Below are positions 11,192 to 21,627 of a stretch of DNA of 64,000 nucleotides, piece by piece; position 1 is the stretch's first letter; every line of letters begins with the position of its first letter. Source of the stretch: an uncultured Candidatus Rokubacteria bacterium (GTDB lineage: Bacteria > Methylomirabilota > Methylomirabilia > Rokubacteriales > CSP1-6). The notes below the pieces were generated by a model. The model did no database searches. It worked only from the letters and a program-made list of their open reading frames with translations, and had not been told where the DNA came from. The stretch spans positions 1,056,001-1,120,000 of the forward strand of contig CAVWWD010000008.1 of NCBI GenBank assembly GCA_963758635.1. The letters are read 5' to 3'. The translations under genes were made by a program, and so were the position numbers.

Positions 11192-12838
11192 TCATTTGTC
11201 GAGCCAGGCGATCATGAGGCGTCCACCATAGTCGAGGCTGATGTTGGGCGCAAAATTCTTGACGTACGGCTCCCACGCCGACAGCACGCGCGCCGACGGG
11301 CTCACGAGCAGGTGATAGGCCTGCTGGGCGAAGTGGCGCTGGATGTCCCACAGGATGTCGCGGCGCTTCTTCTCGTCGAACGTGCGGCGCTGGAGCCGGA
11401 TCATCTCCGTCAGCTTCGGGTCGTTGACGCCGGCCACGTTCTGCGGGGCGCCCGGCAGCAGGTTCACGAGGTACGGGTCGGGCGTGGTGGCGCCGCCGCG
11501 GAGCGTGATCACCAGCCTTCTCGAACGCGCGGCCGAGCGTGCTCGCGATGAACGCGTTGCCTTCCTTGAGCTTGATCTCGGTGTCGATGCCCGAGCGCTT
11601 CCACTCGCTCTGGATGGCCTGCACCACGTCGGAGAATGCGGGGCCCCAGCGTCCCCGAGCTCTCCACCGGGAAGCGCAGCCCGCTGCCGTGGCCGGCCTG
11701 GGCGAGGAGCCGGCGCGCCTCCGCGGGATCGTGCTCGTAGAGCCGCCGGCCCTCCGGCGTGAGCTCCGCGATCGGGATGGACCAGTCACGGAGCGCCGCG
11801 GGCACGATGGGGTTCGGCGCGCCGTGGCCCGCACCCATCGGGTTCACCTCGATCACCGTCTTGAGGTTCACCGCCATGTGCAGCGCGCGGCGGACCCGGA
11901 TGTCGTTGAACGGCTCGACCTCGAGCTTCGGGACGCCGAACGTCGAGATCAGCCACGTGAACTCCGCGGTGGGCAGGTTCGGCTTGCGCCGGCGGACGAC
12001 CTCGAGGTCGCTGCGCTGGAACGTCATCTGGATCTCGGGGGCGAAGTCGTACTGGCCGGAGAGCCAGGCCGCCAGCTTGGACGCGGGGTCGGTGTCGATC
12101 GCGGACGTCCACGCCGTCGGCGTACGGGAGCCCCGGGCGGTAGAAGCTCGGATTGCGCACGAAGGTCAGGCGCACGTTCGGCTCGTACCGCTCGAGCATC
12201 CACGCGCCGGTGCCGATGACGGTCTCCGGCTTCTTGTACATCCCGTCCTTGTCCGCCGCCTCCCGGGGCAGGATGTGGAGGAGCGCCGCGCTGTCCAGGA
12301 ACCACGCGAACGGCTCCCTCATCGTGAAGCGCACGGTGTGGCGGTCGACCGCCTCGACCTTGTCGATCTCCTCCAGCGCGGCCCGGTTCGGGTTGCCCTT
12401 CACGGTGAGGGCCCGCTGGTAGGTGAACACGACGTCGTCCGCGGTCAGCTCGCGGCCGTTGACCGGGGGTTTGTTGTGCCAGCGCACCCCGCGGCGGAGC
12501 TTGAACACGTACGTGGTCTCGGTGGGCCGCTCCCACGACTCGGCGAGGTCGCCCTCGACGGGGAGCGTGCCCGGCGCCACGCTCGGGCCCGCCTTGTGGC
12601 GCAGGAGCGAGCTGTGGGTGAGCGAGAGGTAGATGAAGGTCCACCAGTGGGGCGTCTGGTGGGGGTCGAAGTGCGGCGGGTCGAAGCCGGCGAGGCGGAA
12701 GACCCCGCCGCGCTTCGGCGCCTGGGCGCCGGCGGCCCGCGGCGCGGCGAGGTCCGTGATGGAGAGGAGCGGCGCGGCGACCGCGCCGAGCTTCAGGAGG
12801 TCACGACGGCTCAGGGCATCGTGGGTTCGATTCGCCAT
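11192..12838 (-). CDS. family-5 ABC solute-binding protein, Tat signal (several frameshifts)
   Basis: SRRDLLK, PPHFDPH, GDLAESW, DYGGRLMIAWLDK*. Confidence 0.82.
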
Positions 12839-12904
12839 CGCCGCCTCCTTGCCGCTCGGCGCGTGCGCCCCGCCCGAGATGTCACCGATGGGGCTCGCGC
12901 GCCC

Positions 12905-14557
12905 TCACCGGTCGAGCCAGGCGGCCAGGAGCCGCCCGCCGTAGTCGTAGCCGAGGTTGGGCCCGTAGTTCTTGATCGCGCCGTCCCACATCGCGACGTA
13001 CACGCCGGACCAGAGCTGGATGTAGTACTGCTGCTTGGCGAGGTGCCGCTGGATCTCGAAGATGACCTCGCGCCGCTTGGCCGGGTCCATGGTGCGGCGC
13101 TGGCGGATCAGCATGTCGGCGACCACGGGGTCGTTGATGTGGCTCTGGTTCTTCAGCTCGCCCGGATAGTACTGGCCGAAGAGGAAGTTGTCGGGCTCGA
13201 GGAAGGGCGTCTGCGGGCCGAAGGCCAGCGCCTCGTACTTGCCGTAGAACGTGCTCGAGATGTAGGCCCCGTACTCCTTGGTGTTGAGCTTCACGTCGAT
13301 GCCCACGTCCTTGAGCTGCTTGAGGACGAGCTGCGCGGAGTCCACGAGCGGCACCGACCCGTAGGTGGTGAAGTCCATGGTGGCCTGGAAGCCCTTGCCC
13401 TGCCCGGCCTCGGCGAGGAGCTTCTTGGCCGCCGCGGGATCGTGCTTGAAGTACTGGGCGCCCTCGCCGAGCTGCGCCGCCGGGATGGACCAGTCCTTGA
13501 GCGCGGCGGGCACCGCGGGGTTGAGGACGCCGACGCCCTCGGCCACCGCGTCGATGATGCCCTTCCGGTCGATGGCCATGGACATGGCGCGCCGCACCCG
13601 CACGTCGTTGAACGGCGGCTTGTCGGTGCGCATGTAGATGTGGCTCATCACGTTGGAGGGGAACTCCGCCGTCTGCAGGGTCGGCCGCTTCTGCTTGAGC
13701 GTGTCCTTGATCTGCGCGAGGTCCGGGCGGTTGATGGTGCCCGGGAACTCCCAGCCGAGGTCGTACTTGCCGGCGATGAACGCGGCCATGCGGGAGGCGT
13801 TGTCCTCGTCGACGAACACTTCCACGCGGTCGATGTACGGCAGCCCGGCCACGAAGTAGCTCGGGTTCTTGACCAGGGTCATGCCCACGTTCGGGCGGTA
13901 GCTGTCGAGCATCCACGGCCCCGTGCCGATGGTGGCCTCGGGCTTCTTGAGGTCGCCGAACTTCTCGACGCACTCCTTGGGGATGATGGCCACCGCCATC
14001 GGGTTGGCCATGATGTCGATGAACCAGGCGTACGGCTCCTTCAGGGTGAAGCGCACCGTGTACTTGTCCGGCGCCTCCACCTTGTCCAGCGACGCCAGCA
14101 TGTAGGCGTTGGCGTTGCCTTTGACCGTCCGGAACCGTTCGATGGAGTAGAGGACGTCGTCCGAGGTGAACTCGCGGCCGTTGACCGGCGCCTTGTTGTG
14201 CCAGCGCACGCCGCGGCGGAGCTTGAACACGTACGTCGTCTCGTTGGGCTGGGTCCACGACTCGGCGAGGTCGCCCTCGAGCGGGAACGTGCCGGGGGTC
14301 ACGGACGGGCCCGCCTTGGGCTTCACGAGACGGCTGTGGGTGAAGGTGTAGGGGATGTGGGTCTTGTAGGAGATGGTCAGGTGCGGGTCGAAGTGGGGTG
14401 GGTCCCACAGCCTCAGGTTGAGGGTGCCCCCCCGCTTAGGTGTTTGGGCATGTCCCACGCCGGGGTGTCCCAGCGCGGCCCCCGCTGCCAGGGCGGAGCC
14501 CGAGAGCTTCAGCCAGTCGCGCCGCGTCAGTGCGGTCTGTCGGGTCAGGTCGTCCAT
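12905..14557 (-). CDS. family-5 ABC solute-binding protein, Tat signal
   Basis: Intact 550 aa; TRRDWLK, PPHFDPH, GDLAESW, GTGPWML. Confidence 0.92.
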   Translation of the reverse strand: MDDLTRQTALTRRDWLKLSGSALAAGAALGHPGVGHAQTPKRGGTLNLRLWDPPHFDPHLTISYKTHIPYTFTHSRLVKPKAGPSVTPGTFPLEGDLAESWTQPNETTYVFKLRRGVRWHNKAPVNGREFTSDDVLYSIERFRTVKGNANAYMLASLDKVEAPDKYTVRFTLKEPYAWFIDIMANPMAVAIIPKECVEKFGDLKKPEATIGTGPWMLDSYRPNVGMTLVKNPSYFVAGLPYIDRVEVFVDEDNASRMAAFIAGKYDLGWEFPGTINRPDLAQIKDTLKQKRPTLQTAEFPSNVMSHIYMRTDKPPFNDVRVRRAMSMAIDRKGIIDAVAEGVGVLNPAVPAALKDWSIPAAQLGEGAQYFKHDPAAAKKLLAEAGQGKGFQATMDFTTYGSVPLVDSAQLVLKQLKDVGIDVKLNTKEYGAYISSTFYGKYEALAFGPQTPFLEPDNFLFGQYYPGELKNQSHINDPVVADMLIRQRRTMDPAKRREVIFEIQRHLAKQQYYIQLWSGVYVAMWDGAIKNYGPNLGYDYGGRLLAAWLDR

Positions 14558-14665
14558 GAGCCTCCCTCGTGGAATTGGAATCGGGCCGCGGCGAGCCGGG
14601 CCGAAATTGGCGACACTTTGGGCACAACCGGCGGGGATGTCAAGCGGTCGCTGGCGTTGTCCCCG

Positions 14666-15946
14666 TCACCGCGGCCGGTGCCCGAGGCGCTCGGCGTCCA
14701 CGGTGATCCGGAGGAACGCGATGCACATCTCGTCGGCCGTGCCCTCCCCCCAGCCGACGTCCTTCGGGGGCTTGTTCGGGTTCCGGCGGTTCGCGGCGGA
14801 GTTGTCGAACACGGCCACCACGTCCACGCGCGTGCCCCCGGGCAGGGGCACGGGGCGGACGTAGTCGTAGCCGCCCTGCCAGTGGAAGTCCCAGTCGTCG
14901 ATCCGGATCAGGGGAACGACGGTGCCATCCGGACGCGTGGCCGTCACCGTCATCTCGCGGCCCAGGAGGTGCATGTGCGGGAACACGCCGGTGGCGTGGA
15001 CGTTCCAGGCGGGCGGCACCGTCCACGAGGCGCGCACCTCGTGACGCTCGGCCCCGGCGGGGATGACGAACCCCTGGTTCAGGATCGGGACGGAGCGGAA
15101 GCGCTTGTCGACCTGCGTCCGCGCGAAGTGCAGGCCGATGCGCGTCCGGTCGGTCTGGGGCGCGCCGGTGCGGTTGTGGTAGTGGACCTGCACGACGACG
15201 TGGGCGCCCGCGGGGAGCAGCATGCCGACGCCGTCGGGCATGACGGTGGGCGGCGAGCCGGGGGCCCATCCGCCGACGCTGCCCTGGGGCCGGAAGCCGG
15301 CGCCGCCGAAGCACGTGTAGCCCGGGCCGGGCTCGGCGCGGTCGAGCGCCTCGGCGCGGCCCTGCGTGTCCACGAAGGTCAGCACGTGGTGGACGACCTT
15401 GCGGTTGCCGGGGACGAACTCCACCGCCGAGAGGTAGCGGTCCTCGGGAAAGGCGGTGGGGATGACGAAGCACCGGTAGACGTCGCGGTCGCCCGACGGG
15501 ACCTCGTAGGCCTCGGCGGGCGCCAGCACGGCGTCGGGCGTGCCGTGCGCCCACGTGTCGGGGAACCGCCGCGGCGGCGGCAGGTCGCGAGGGTCGCCCT
15601 CGGGGGCGCCCGCGGCCACCCAGGCCCGGATCAGCTCCACGTCGCGGTCGGCGAGCCGGCGCGAGCCGACGAACTCGCCGAAGCCCGGCACCGGCTTCCA
15701 CGGCGGCATCTCCCGCGACTCGACCATCTTGAGGACGCGGTCGCGACGGCGGCGCGCGTCGGCGTACGTCGCGAGCGAGAACTGGCCCACCTCGCCCGGG
15801 CGGTGACAGCCCTGGCAGTGCTCCTGGACGAGGCGCGAGACCTGGTTGCTCCACGTGACCGGCTCGCCGTCGCTGCCGGCGCGGGCGGGCACGAGGCAGA
15901 GCCCGGCGAGGACGAGGACGCTCGCCAGCCGGCGCGAAAGGATCAC
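14666..15946 (-). CDS. exported heme-c / copper type II (PHM/DBH-like) monooxygenase-domain protein
   Basis: Signal peptide, CQGCH, MPPW, VVHH, QVHY, FPHMH, DEMC. Confidence 0.8.
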   Translation of the reverse strand: MILSRRLASVLVLAGLCLVPARAGSDGEPVTWSNQVSRLVQEHCQGCHRPGEVGQFSLATYADARRRRDRVLKMVESREMPPWKPVPGFGEFVGSRRLADRDVELIRAWVAAGAPEGDPRDLPPPRRFPDTWAHGTPDAVLAPAEAYEVPSGDRDVYRCFVIPTAFPEDRYLSAVEFVPGNRKVVHHVLTFVDTQGRAEALDRAEPGPGYTCFGGAGFRPQGSVGGWAPGSPPTVMPDGVGMLLPAGAHVVVQVHYHNRTGAPQTDRTRIGLHFARTQVDKRFRSVPILNQGFVIPAGAERHEVRASWTVPPAWNVHATGVFPHMHLLGREMTVTATRPDGTVVPLIRIDDWDFHWQGGYDYVRPVPLPGGTRVDVVAVFDNSAANRRNPNKPPKDVGWGEGTADEMCIAFLRITVDAERLGHRPR

Positions 15947-16700
15947 CGCCGGAAGTCCTCGGCGCGGCTCTCCGGCACGAAGCCCAGCACCTCGCGCGCG
16001 TGGGCGCTGTCGCGGTAGCTCAGCCGGTTGTCCGAGGTGAGGAAGCACACCGCGTAGCGGACGCCCGGCGGCGCGGCGATCGACCGCTCGATGGCCTGCA
16101 CGACGTCGGCCTGGCTGAGCCACACCGAGAACTCGCGCGGAGCGGTCGGCCGGTCCTCCGCGTTCACCGCGCCGATGCGGAGGCAGATCATCGACATGCC
16201 GTGGGCGTCGCTGAAGTGCCGGGCGAGCGCCTCGCCGAACACCTTGCTCACGCCGTAGAGCCCGGCGGGGCGGGGCGGGGACTGGTGCGTGAAGATGGGC
16301 CACGTGCCGAGCTGGAGCGGGCGTCCCGCGACCAGGCCCGCCCACGGCTCCTCGCGCTCGCAGCGGCTGATCGTGGCGCCGCTCGACGCGTAGACCACGC
16401 GCCGGACGCCGGCCTGGCGCGCGGCCTCGAACACGTTGTAGGTCCCCGTGATGTTGCTGTCGAGCACCTCCCCCACGTGCCCTCGCCGTGCGCGTACCCG
16501 GCGAGGTGCACGACCACGTCGACACCCGCGAAGGCGGGCGTGATGGCGTCGAGGTGGGCGATGTCCGCCTGGTGGCAGGGCACGCCCTCGATCCGGCTGC
16601 GGTTGAGCGCGCGAAGCGCGTAGCGGCCCTCGAGGCGCTTGCGGAGCGCCGTGCCGATGAGCCCGCTCATCCCCGTGACCAGCACCGTGGTCTGCGTCAT
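15943..16700 (-). CDS. NAD-dependent epimerase/dehydratase (uronate dehydrogenase-like; frameshift near 16475)
   Basis: TGMSGLIG, NITGTYNVFEAA, YASS, YGVSK. Confidence 0.82.
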
Positions 16701-16790
16701 CCCGCCTCCTCGCTGCCGCCCGCCTCGCGGCGCCCGCCCACCTTAGCACACGCTCGCGACGGGGCCCGGAGCGCGGGCCGGCTCCGGCGC

Positions 16791-16820
16791 TTGACAGGCC
16801 TCGCGCCGGCCTCGTAGGCT
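16791..16820 (+). promoter_or_regulatory. sigma70-like promoter of the GS-like gene
   Basis: TTGACA-18-TAGGCT, 10 nt before the ATG. Confidence 0.5.
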
Positions 16821-16830
16821 CGCCCCGGCG

Positions 16831-18204
16831 ATGAGAGACAAGACGCCCTCCACCCGCGGCGCGCGCGACGTGCTCGCGCGCTGCCGCTCCGGCCGCGTGC
16901 AGCTCGTGCGCTTCCTCTACTGCGGCAACGACGGCGTGATCCGCGGCAAGGCGTGCCACACGCGCTTTCTCGAGTCGTACCTCCGGTCGGGCATCGGCCT
17001 CACCGTGGCCATGCAGTCCTTCAACGTGCTCGACCAGCTCGCGCCCGATGGCTCCTTCGGCCCGGTGGGCGAGATCCGCCTCGTGCCTGACGTGAGCACG
17101 TTCGCCACGCTGCCATACTCCCCGCGGTCCGCGCGTCTGTACTGCGACATGATCACGCTGGACGAGGAGCCGTGGGGCGCCTGCCCGCGGAGCTTCCTGC
17201 GCCGCATGATCGACCGCGCGCGGGCCCAGGGCCTCGAGCTGAAGGCCGCCTTCGAGAACGAGTTCACGCTGGCCCGCCGCGATGGCGACACCGTCGCGCC
17301 GCTCGACCGCAGCCCGTGCTTCTCGACCATCGGCATGGACATCGCGGCGCCGGTCATGACGGAGGTCATCGACGCGCTGGTGGCCCAGGGCGTGGAGCCC
17401 GAGCAGTACTACGCGGAGCTGGGGCCGGGTCAGCAGGAGCTGCCCGTGCGGTACACCGACGCGCTCCGCGCCGCCGACAACCAGCTCACGGTGCGGGAGA
17501 CGGCCCGGGGCGTGGCGCTCCGTCACGGGCTCATCGCCTCGTTCGCGCCGAAGCCGTTCCCGGGCGAGGCGGGCAACGGCAGCCACATCCACTGGAGCCT
17601 CTGGCGGACACGCGACAAGAAGAACCACTTCCACGATGCGCGCGGGCCGCACGGCCTCTCCGCGGCGGCGCTGGCGTTCATGGGCGGCGTGCTCGACCAC
17701 CTGCCGGCGCTGCTCGCCCTGACCGCGCCCAGCGTCAACTCGTACCGCCGGCTCCAGCCGCGGTTCTGGTCGAGCGCCTACGCGTGCTGGGGCCCGGACA
17801 ACCGCGAGGCGGCCATCCGCGTGCCCTCGAAGCGCAAGGGGATCGAGGCCGACTCGACCAACCTCGAGCTGAAGCCGTGCGATCCCTCGAACAATCCCTA
17901 CCTCGCGCTCGGCGGTCTCCTCGCCGCCGGCCTCGACGGCATCGCACGCAAGCTCGACCCCGGCGAGCCGACCCTCGTCGATCCCGATACGCTCACGGAC
18001 GCCGAGCGCGCGCGCCGCGGCATCCGCCGCCATCCCACCTCGCTCGGCGCGGCCCTCGACGCCCTCGAGCGCGACCCCGTGCTGGCCGAAGCGCTCGGCC
18101 CCGTGCTGTTCAAGGAATACCTCATCGTGAAGCGCTCGGAGGTGCAGGGGTTCCAGGGCAAGGACGTGGACTTCGAGATCGCCCAGCACTTCCACAAGTA
18201 CTAG
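16831..18204 (+). CDS. glutamine synthetase-like gamma-glutamyl ligase (FluG/PuuA-type)
   Basis: ENEF, ELGPGQQE, APKP, GNGSHIH, NSYRRL, WGPDNRE, NPYLA. Confidence 0.88.
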   Translation: MRDKTPSTRGARDVLARCRSGRVQLVRFLYCGNDGVIRGKACHTRFLESYLRSGIGLTVAMQSFNVLDQLAPDGSFGPVGEIRLVPDVSTFATLPYSPRSARLYCDMITLDEEPWGACPRSFLRRMIDRARAQGLELKAAFENEFTLARRDGDTVAPLDRSPCFSTIGMDIAAPVMTEVIDALVAQGVEPEQYYAELGPGQQELPVRYTDALRAADNQLTVRETARGVALRHGLIASFAPKPFPGEAGNGSHIHWSLWRTRDKKNHFHDARGPHGLSAAALAFMGGVLDHLPALLALTAPSVNSYRRLQPRFWSSAYACWGPDNREAAIRVPSKRKGIEADSTNLELKPCDPSNNPYLALGGLLAAGLDGIARKLDPGEPTLVDPDTLTDAERARRGIRRHPTSLGAALDALERDPVLAEALGPVLFKEYLIVKRSEVQGFQGKDVDFEIAQHFHKY

Positions 18205-18298
18205 GAGACGAGACATCACGAACCCTCTCGATGCTCTGGGGCATCAGCCCCGCGCGTGAGCCCGCGCGCCGACGAAGCTGGCGAGAAAGGATCGACGA

Positions 18299-18787
18299 GT
18301 GGCCGCGACCCCGATCAACCCGGCTGACTTGCCGTGGAAGGACGCGGTGATGCTGCTGAAGGAGTGGATCTTCCAACGTCAACAGCTCACGGCCATGAAG
18401 CGTACGGATATCGCCAACGCGTTCGACGCGGTCTCGAAGCTCGCCGAAGAGAGCGTCACGAACATGCGGCTCGTGCTGGCGAACACCCCGACGGCCATCC
18501 AGGCTGAAGGCCAGCTCCGAGCCAGCCGATGGAAGGCGGAGGCGTGTGAAGAAGGCCTTCAGGCGTTGCTCGGGGAGTACCGAGACCACGATCCGACGAC
18601 GCTGTGGCTGCGGACAAAGGTGGCGCTCGTCAGTGACGCCTTGTGGCAGATCGGCAACGATCTCCTGATGCGCGAAATCGACAAGCAGACGATCGACGAG
18701 GACGCATGGCGCGAGCGTGCGCGCGAGCTCGAGACGCGCGCCGGGGAGCTGCACGTCACGGCCGCGGTGTTTCGCCGGGCGGAGTGA
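18299..18787 (+). CDS. hypothetical helical protein
   Basis: 162-aa ORF after an AAAGGA RBS; less GC-biased codons than neighbours. Confidence 0.6.
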   Translation: MAATPINPADLPWKDAVMLLKEWIFQRQQLTAMKRTDIANAFDAVSKLAEESVTNMRLVLANTPTAIQAEGQLRASRWKAEACEEGLQALLGEYRDHDPTTLWLRTKVALVSDALWQIGNDLLMREIDKQTIDEDAWRERARELETRAGELHVTAAVFRRAE

Positions 18788-18834
18788 GCCGCGCCAGAGA
18801 CGGACGCGATGGCCGTGACGATGGAGGTGACGAT

Positions 18835-19506
18835 ATGCCGCTCCTGCCGCTGAACCCTGACCAGCTGCTCACGACCACGCGAGCCGTCCGCAAGCGCCTC
18901 GACTTCGATCGACCCGTCGACCGCTCGTTGATCGAGCAGTGCCTGCAGATCGCGCTCCAGGCGCCGACGGGCGGCAACCGCCAGCGGTGGCACTTCGTCG
19001 TCGTGACGGATGGCGCCAAGCGCCGGGCCCTCGCGGAGCTGTACCGCCGCGGATGGGAGGTGTACCGCACCTCGCCCACCGGGGCGCCCAACCTCCACTA
19101 TGAAGACCCTGTCCGTGAGGCGGTGGGGCGGCGCGTCGCCGATTCCGCGCAGTACCTGGCCGACAACCTCGAGCGCGTCCCCGTCTTCCTCGTTCCCTGC
19201 GTGCCCGGGCGCGTGGAGGGCCTCCCGGCGAACGCGCAGGCTGGCATCTGGGGCTCCATCCTCCCTGCGGTCTGGAGCTTCATGCTCGCTGCCCGCGCTC
19301 GCGGCCTCGGCACGTCGTGGACGACGCTCCATCTGAGCCACGAGCGGGAAGCCGCGGCGATCCTCGGGATCCCGTACGAGAGCTTCACGCAGGTCGCGCT
19401 CGTGCCAATTGGCCACGTGAAGGGCACGGACTTCAAGCCCGCGCATCGGATCCCGATGGCGGATGTGGTGCACTGGGAGACGTGGTCAGGCCCTGGTGGT
19501 CGGTAA
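18835..19506 (+). CDS. nitroreductase family protein
   Basis: TTRAVRKRL, APTGGNRQRWHFVVV, ARARGLG; GGAGG RBS. Confidence 0.9.
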   Translation: MPLLPLNPDQLLTTTRAVRKRLDFDRPVDRSLIEQCLQIALQAPTGGNRQRWHFVVVTDGAKRRALAELYRRGWEVYRTSPTGAPNLHYEDPVREAVGRRVADSAQYLADNLERVPVFLVPCVPGRVEGLPANAQAGIWGSILPAVWSFMLAARARGLGTSWTTLHLSHEREAAAILGIPYESFTQVALVPIGHVKGTDFKPAHRIPMADVVHWETWSGPGGR

Positions 19507-19550
19507 TTCTCGATCTGACCTTGATCGCGAGCCGGCCAGGTGACTGAGCG

Positions 19551-20504
19551 CTAGTACCCGGCGTTCGGGCCGCGCCACTGCCCGGCGTCCATGTCGTACC
19601 GGAAGCCCACGCCGGTGTAGGGGAAGCGCACGTTGTCGAAGACCACGTGGAGCGCGTAGCCCCACCAGGTGCTCCGGCGGACGTCGAGGTCCTCGAGCAT
19701 CTGCTTGAAGTTGAGACCGACCTCGAAGCCCACCTCGCGCGACTTTCCGACGTTGGCGTGGTACGTCACCGAGAAGTAGAGGTACTTGAGCGGGCCGATG
19801 TTCCAGCCCAGGCGCCGGGCCAGGCCGGACAGGTGCAGGTCCCCGGTGTAGATCTCGTTCGAGAAGTTGCAGCAGTCGTCGAGGTTCACCAGGCCCCGCC
19901 GGAAGCCGACCAGATCCTCCGCGCCGGCGGCGTGGATCAAGGCGGCGGTCAGCGCGCCGCTGACGTCCATGATGAGGTCCTCGTACGAGAACCCGTAGCG
20001 GTTCGAGCCGTCGCCGATCTCCGTGACGAGACCGGTGAGGGCGGAGAGCCCGGCGCCGAGCCAGCGCGCGGCCTCGGGCTTGTGCCCGAGCGCGACGAAG
20101 GCATGGGTGAACTCCTTGGCGAGGATCTGGTAGTCGACGAAGTGCGAGGCCTTGTCGGCTCCGCTGAAGTGGGTCTTCAGCCCGAACCAGCCCTCCTCGC
20201 CCGCGTGATAGCTCTGGTTCTGTCCGTCCAGGACGGAGTTCAGCGTCGAGCCGACGATGGCGCCCGAGGCGATGATCAACGTCCAGAACCAGTCGGGCCG
20301 GCGCTCTGGCGGCGCCGGGGCGACCGACCGGTCCGGATCGGCGGGCGGGGCGTCCTGGAGGGCCAGCCGGTAGCCGGGCGGCCAGAGGGACAAGGACGGG
20401 TCGGCTTCCCAGGCTTCGGGTCTCGGCTCCGCCGTGGCGGGGGAAGCCAGGAACAGAAGGGTACAGACCACGCTCACCCACCGCGCTGCCGATCGCGCGC
20501 TCAT
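19551..20504 (-). CDS. exported DUF2279/YfiM-like protein
   Basis: Signal peptide, GADKASHF, EIGDG...YGFSYEDL. Confidence 0.7.
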   Translation of the reverse strand: MSARSAARWVSVVCTLLFLASPATAEPRPEAWEADPSLSLWPPGYRLALQDAPPADPDRSVAPAPPERRPDWFWTLIIASGAIVGSTLNSVLDGQNQSYHAGEEGWFGLKTHFSGADKASHFVDYQILAKEFTHAFVALGHKPEAARWLGAGLSALTGLVTEIGDGSNRYGFSYEDLIMDVSGALTAALIHAAGAEDLVGFRRGLVNLDDCCNFSNEIYTGDLHLSGLARRLGWNIGPLKYLYFSVTYHANVGKSREVGFEVGLNFKQMLEDLDVRRSTWWGYALHVVFDNVRFPYTGVGFRYDMDAGQWRGPNAGY

Positions 20505-20566
20505 GCTGTCGTCGACCTCCCCGCTACCCGTTAGCCTCAGGACGGCGCGTGAGACATCCATCCGTC

Positions 20567-20582
20567 GGCAAACGTGGTGCCG
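20567..20582 (-). promoter_or_regulatory. sigma54 promoter of the DUF2279-like gene
   Basis: CGGCACCACGTTTGCC on the minus strand. Confidence 0.6.
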
Positions 20583-20682
20583 CTGCCCTGCCGGGGTCTA
20601 CGGGACGAAGGTCGTACCCGGGGCCGACTGCGAAGGGTCCGCGCGCCGGAGACCACTGGTGCCGGGGTGTTTCGGTGGGTGC

Positions 20683-21027
20683 CTAGACAGTGTCGCGCGT
20701 GCTGCCGGAGATGAAGCTCACGACGAGGCCGAGGACGACGAACACCACGAGGGCCAGGAGGTCGATGGTCTCCACGAAGCGCACGGTGGACCGGCCGCTG
20801 CGGACCATCTCGGCGCCCAGGAGCACGGCCGAGGCAATGGTCGCCAGGAGTCCGGGCGCCAGCCCACCGAACCACGCGCAGATCAACACAGCGGGCACGA
20901 AGAAGACCGTCCAGTGAAGGCCGGCGAGCGCCGGCGTGGGCGGGCTGGTCCTGAGGTATTCGGCCGCCGCGATCAGGCCGATCACGAGGCCGTAGCGGGC
21001 GAAGACGGATCGCTGGAGGCCGATCAT
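20683..21027 (-). CDS. stand-alone DUF4118-like membrane domain
   Basis: RYG..., AVLICAWFGGLAPGLLAT pattern, about 4 TM segments, no kinase domain. Confidence 0.6.
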   Translation of the reverse strand: MIGLQRSVFARYGLVIGLIAAAEYLRTSPPTPALAGLHWTVFFVPAVLICAWFGGLAPGLLATIASAVLLGAEMVRSGRSTVRFVETIDLLALVVFVVLGLVVSFISGSTRDTV

Positions 21028-21148
21028 CGCGCGGGTCGCGGCTCCGGCATGGTGTCGGGGAGTGTAGTCGCTGGCCCGGGCCCTGGCAATGCGGCGGGCC
21101 AGCGCCCGTTGCGCCATCCTGGGAGGGCGTGCTAGCGTCGGAGCCCGC

Positions 21149-21620
21149 GTGGACCTCTCCGACCTGCCCATCGTCGACGACCACGGTCATCCTTTCCTGA
21201 CGGACCCTTGGACCGTCCCTCGTGAGACCTTTCTCCAGATCTTCACCGAGGGCCGGCCCGGCAGCATGACGCGCCACCTGGTCCACGGCGGCTACTACCA
21301 GCGGGCGCTCCACGCCATGGCGAAGGAGCTCCAGACCGACCCGGATCTCCCCGCCGTGCTGGACGCGCGCCGCCGCCTGGGCCCGGCCTCCGTGCGCGAC
21401 ATGATCTCGGCCAGGCGCATCGAGACGCTTCTGATCGACACGGGCACGGCTCGGACGTGCAGGGCCTCCCGAGCTGTTCGCGCTGTCCGCGGACTGGGCC
21501 GCGCGGCCCTCGGCGAGGCGCTCGAGTGGATCGAGCTCGCGGCGGCCTGCCCGGCGGCGCCGCCGGGCCGTGGCTCGCCGCATCCTCTCGGACAATGCGC
21601 GCGATCTCTACCGGCTCTGA
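21149..21620 (+). pseudogene. amidohydrolase (FluG N-terminal-like) with internal deletion and frameshifts
   Basis: N-terminal IVDDHGHP...LLIDTG joined directly to C-terminal GSDVQGLP...RILSDNARDLYRL*. Confidence 0.7.
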
Positions 21621-21627
21621 GAACGTG

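Noticed and set aside
732..16018. Very long plus-strand ORFs (1264 aa, 1419 aa)
   Set aside because: Antisense shadows of real minus-strand genes in high-GC DNA; no motifs
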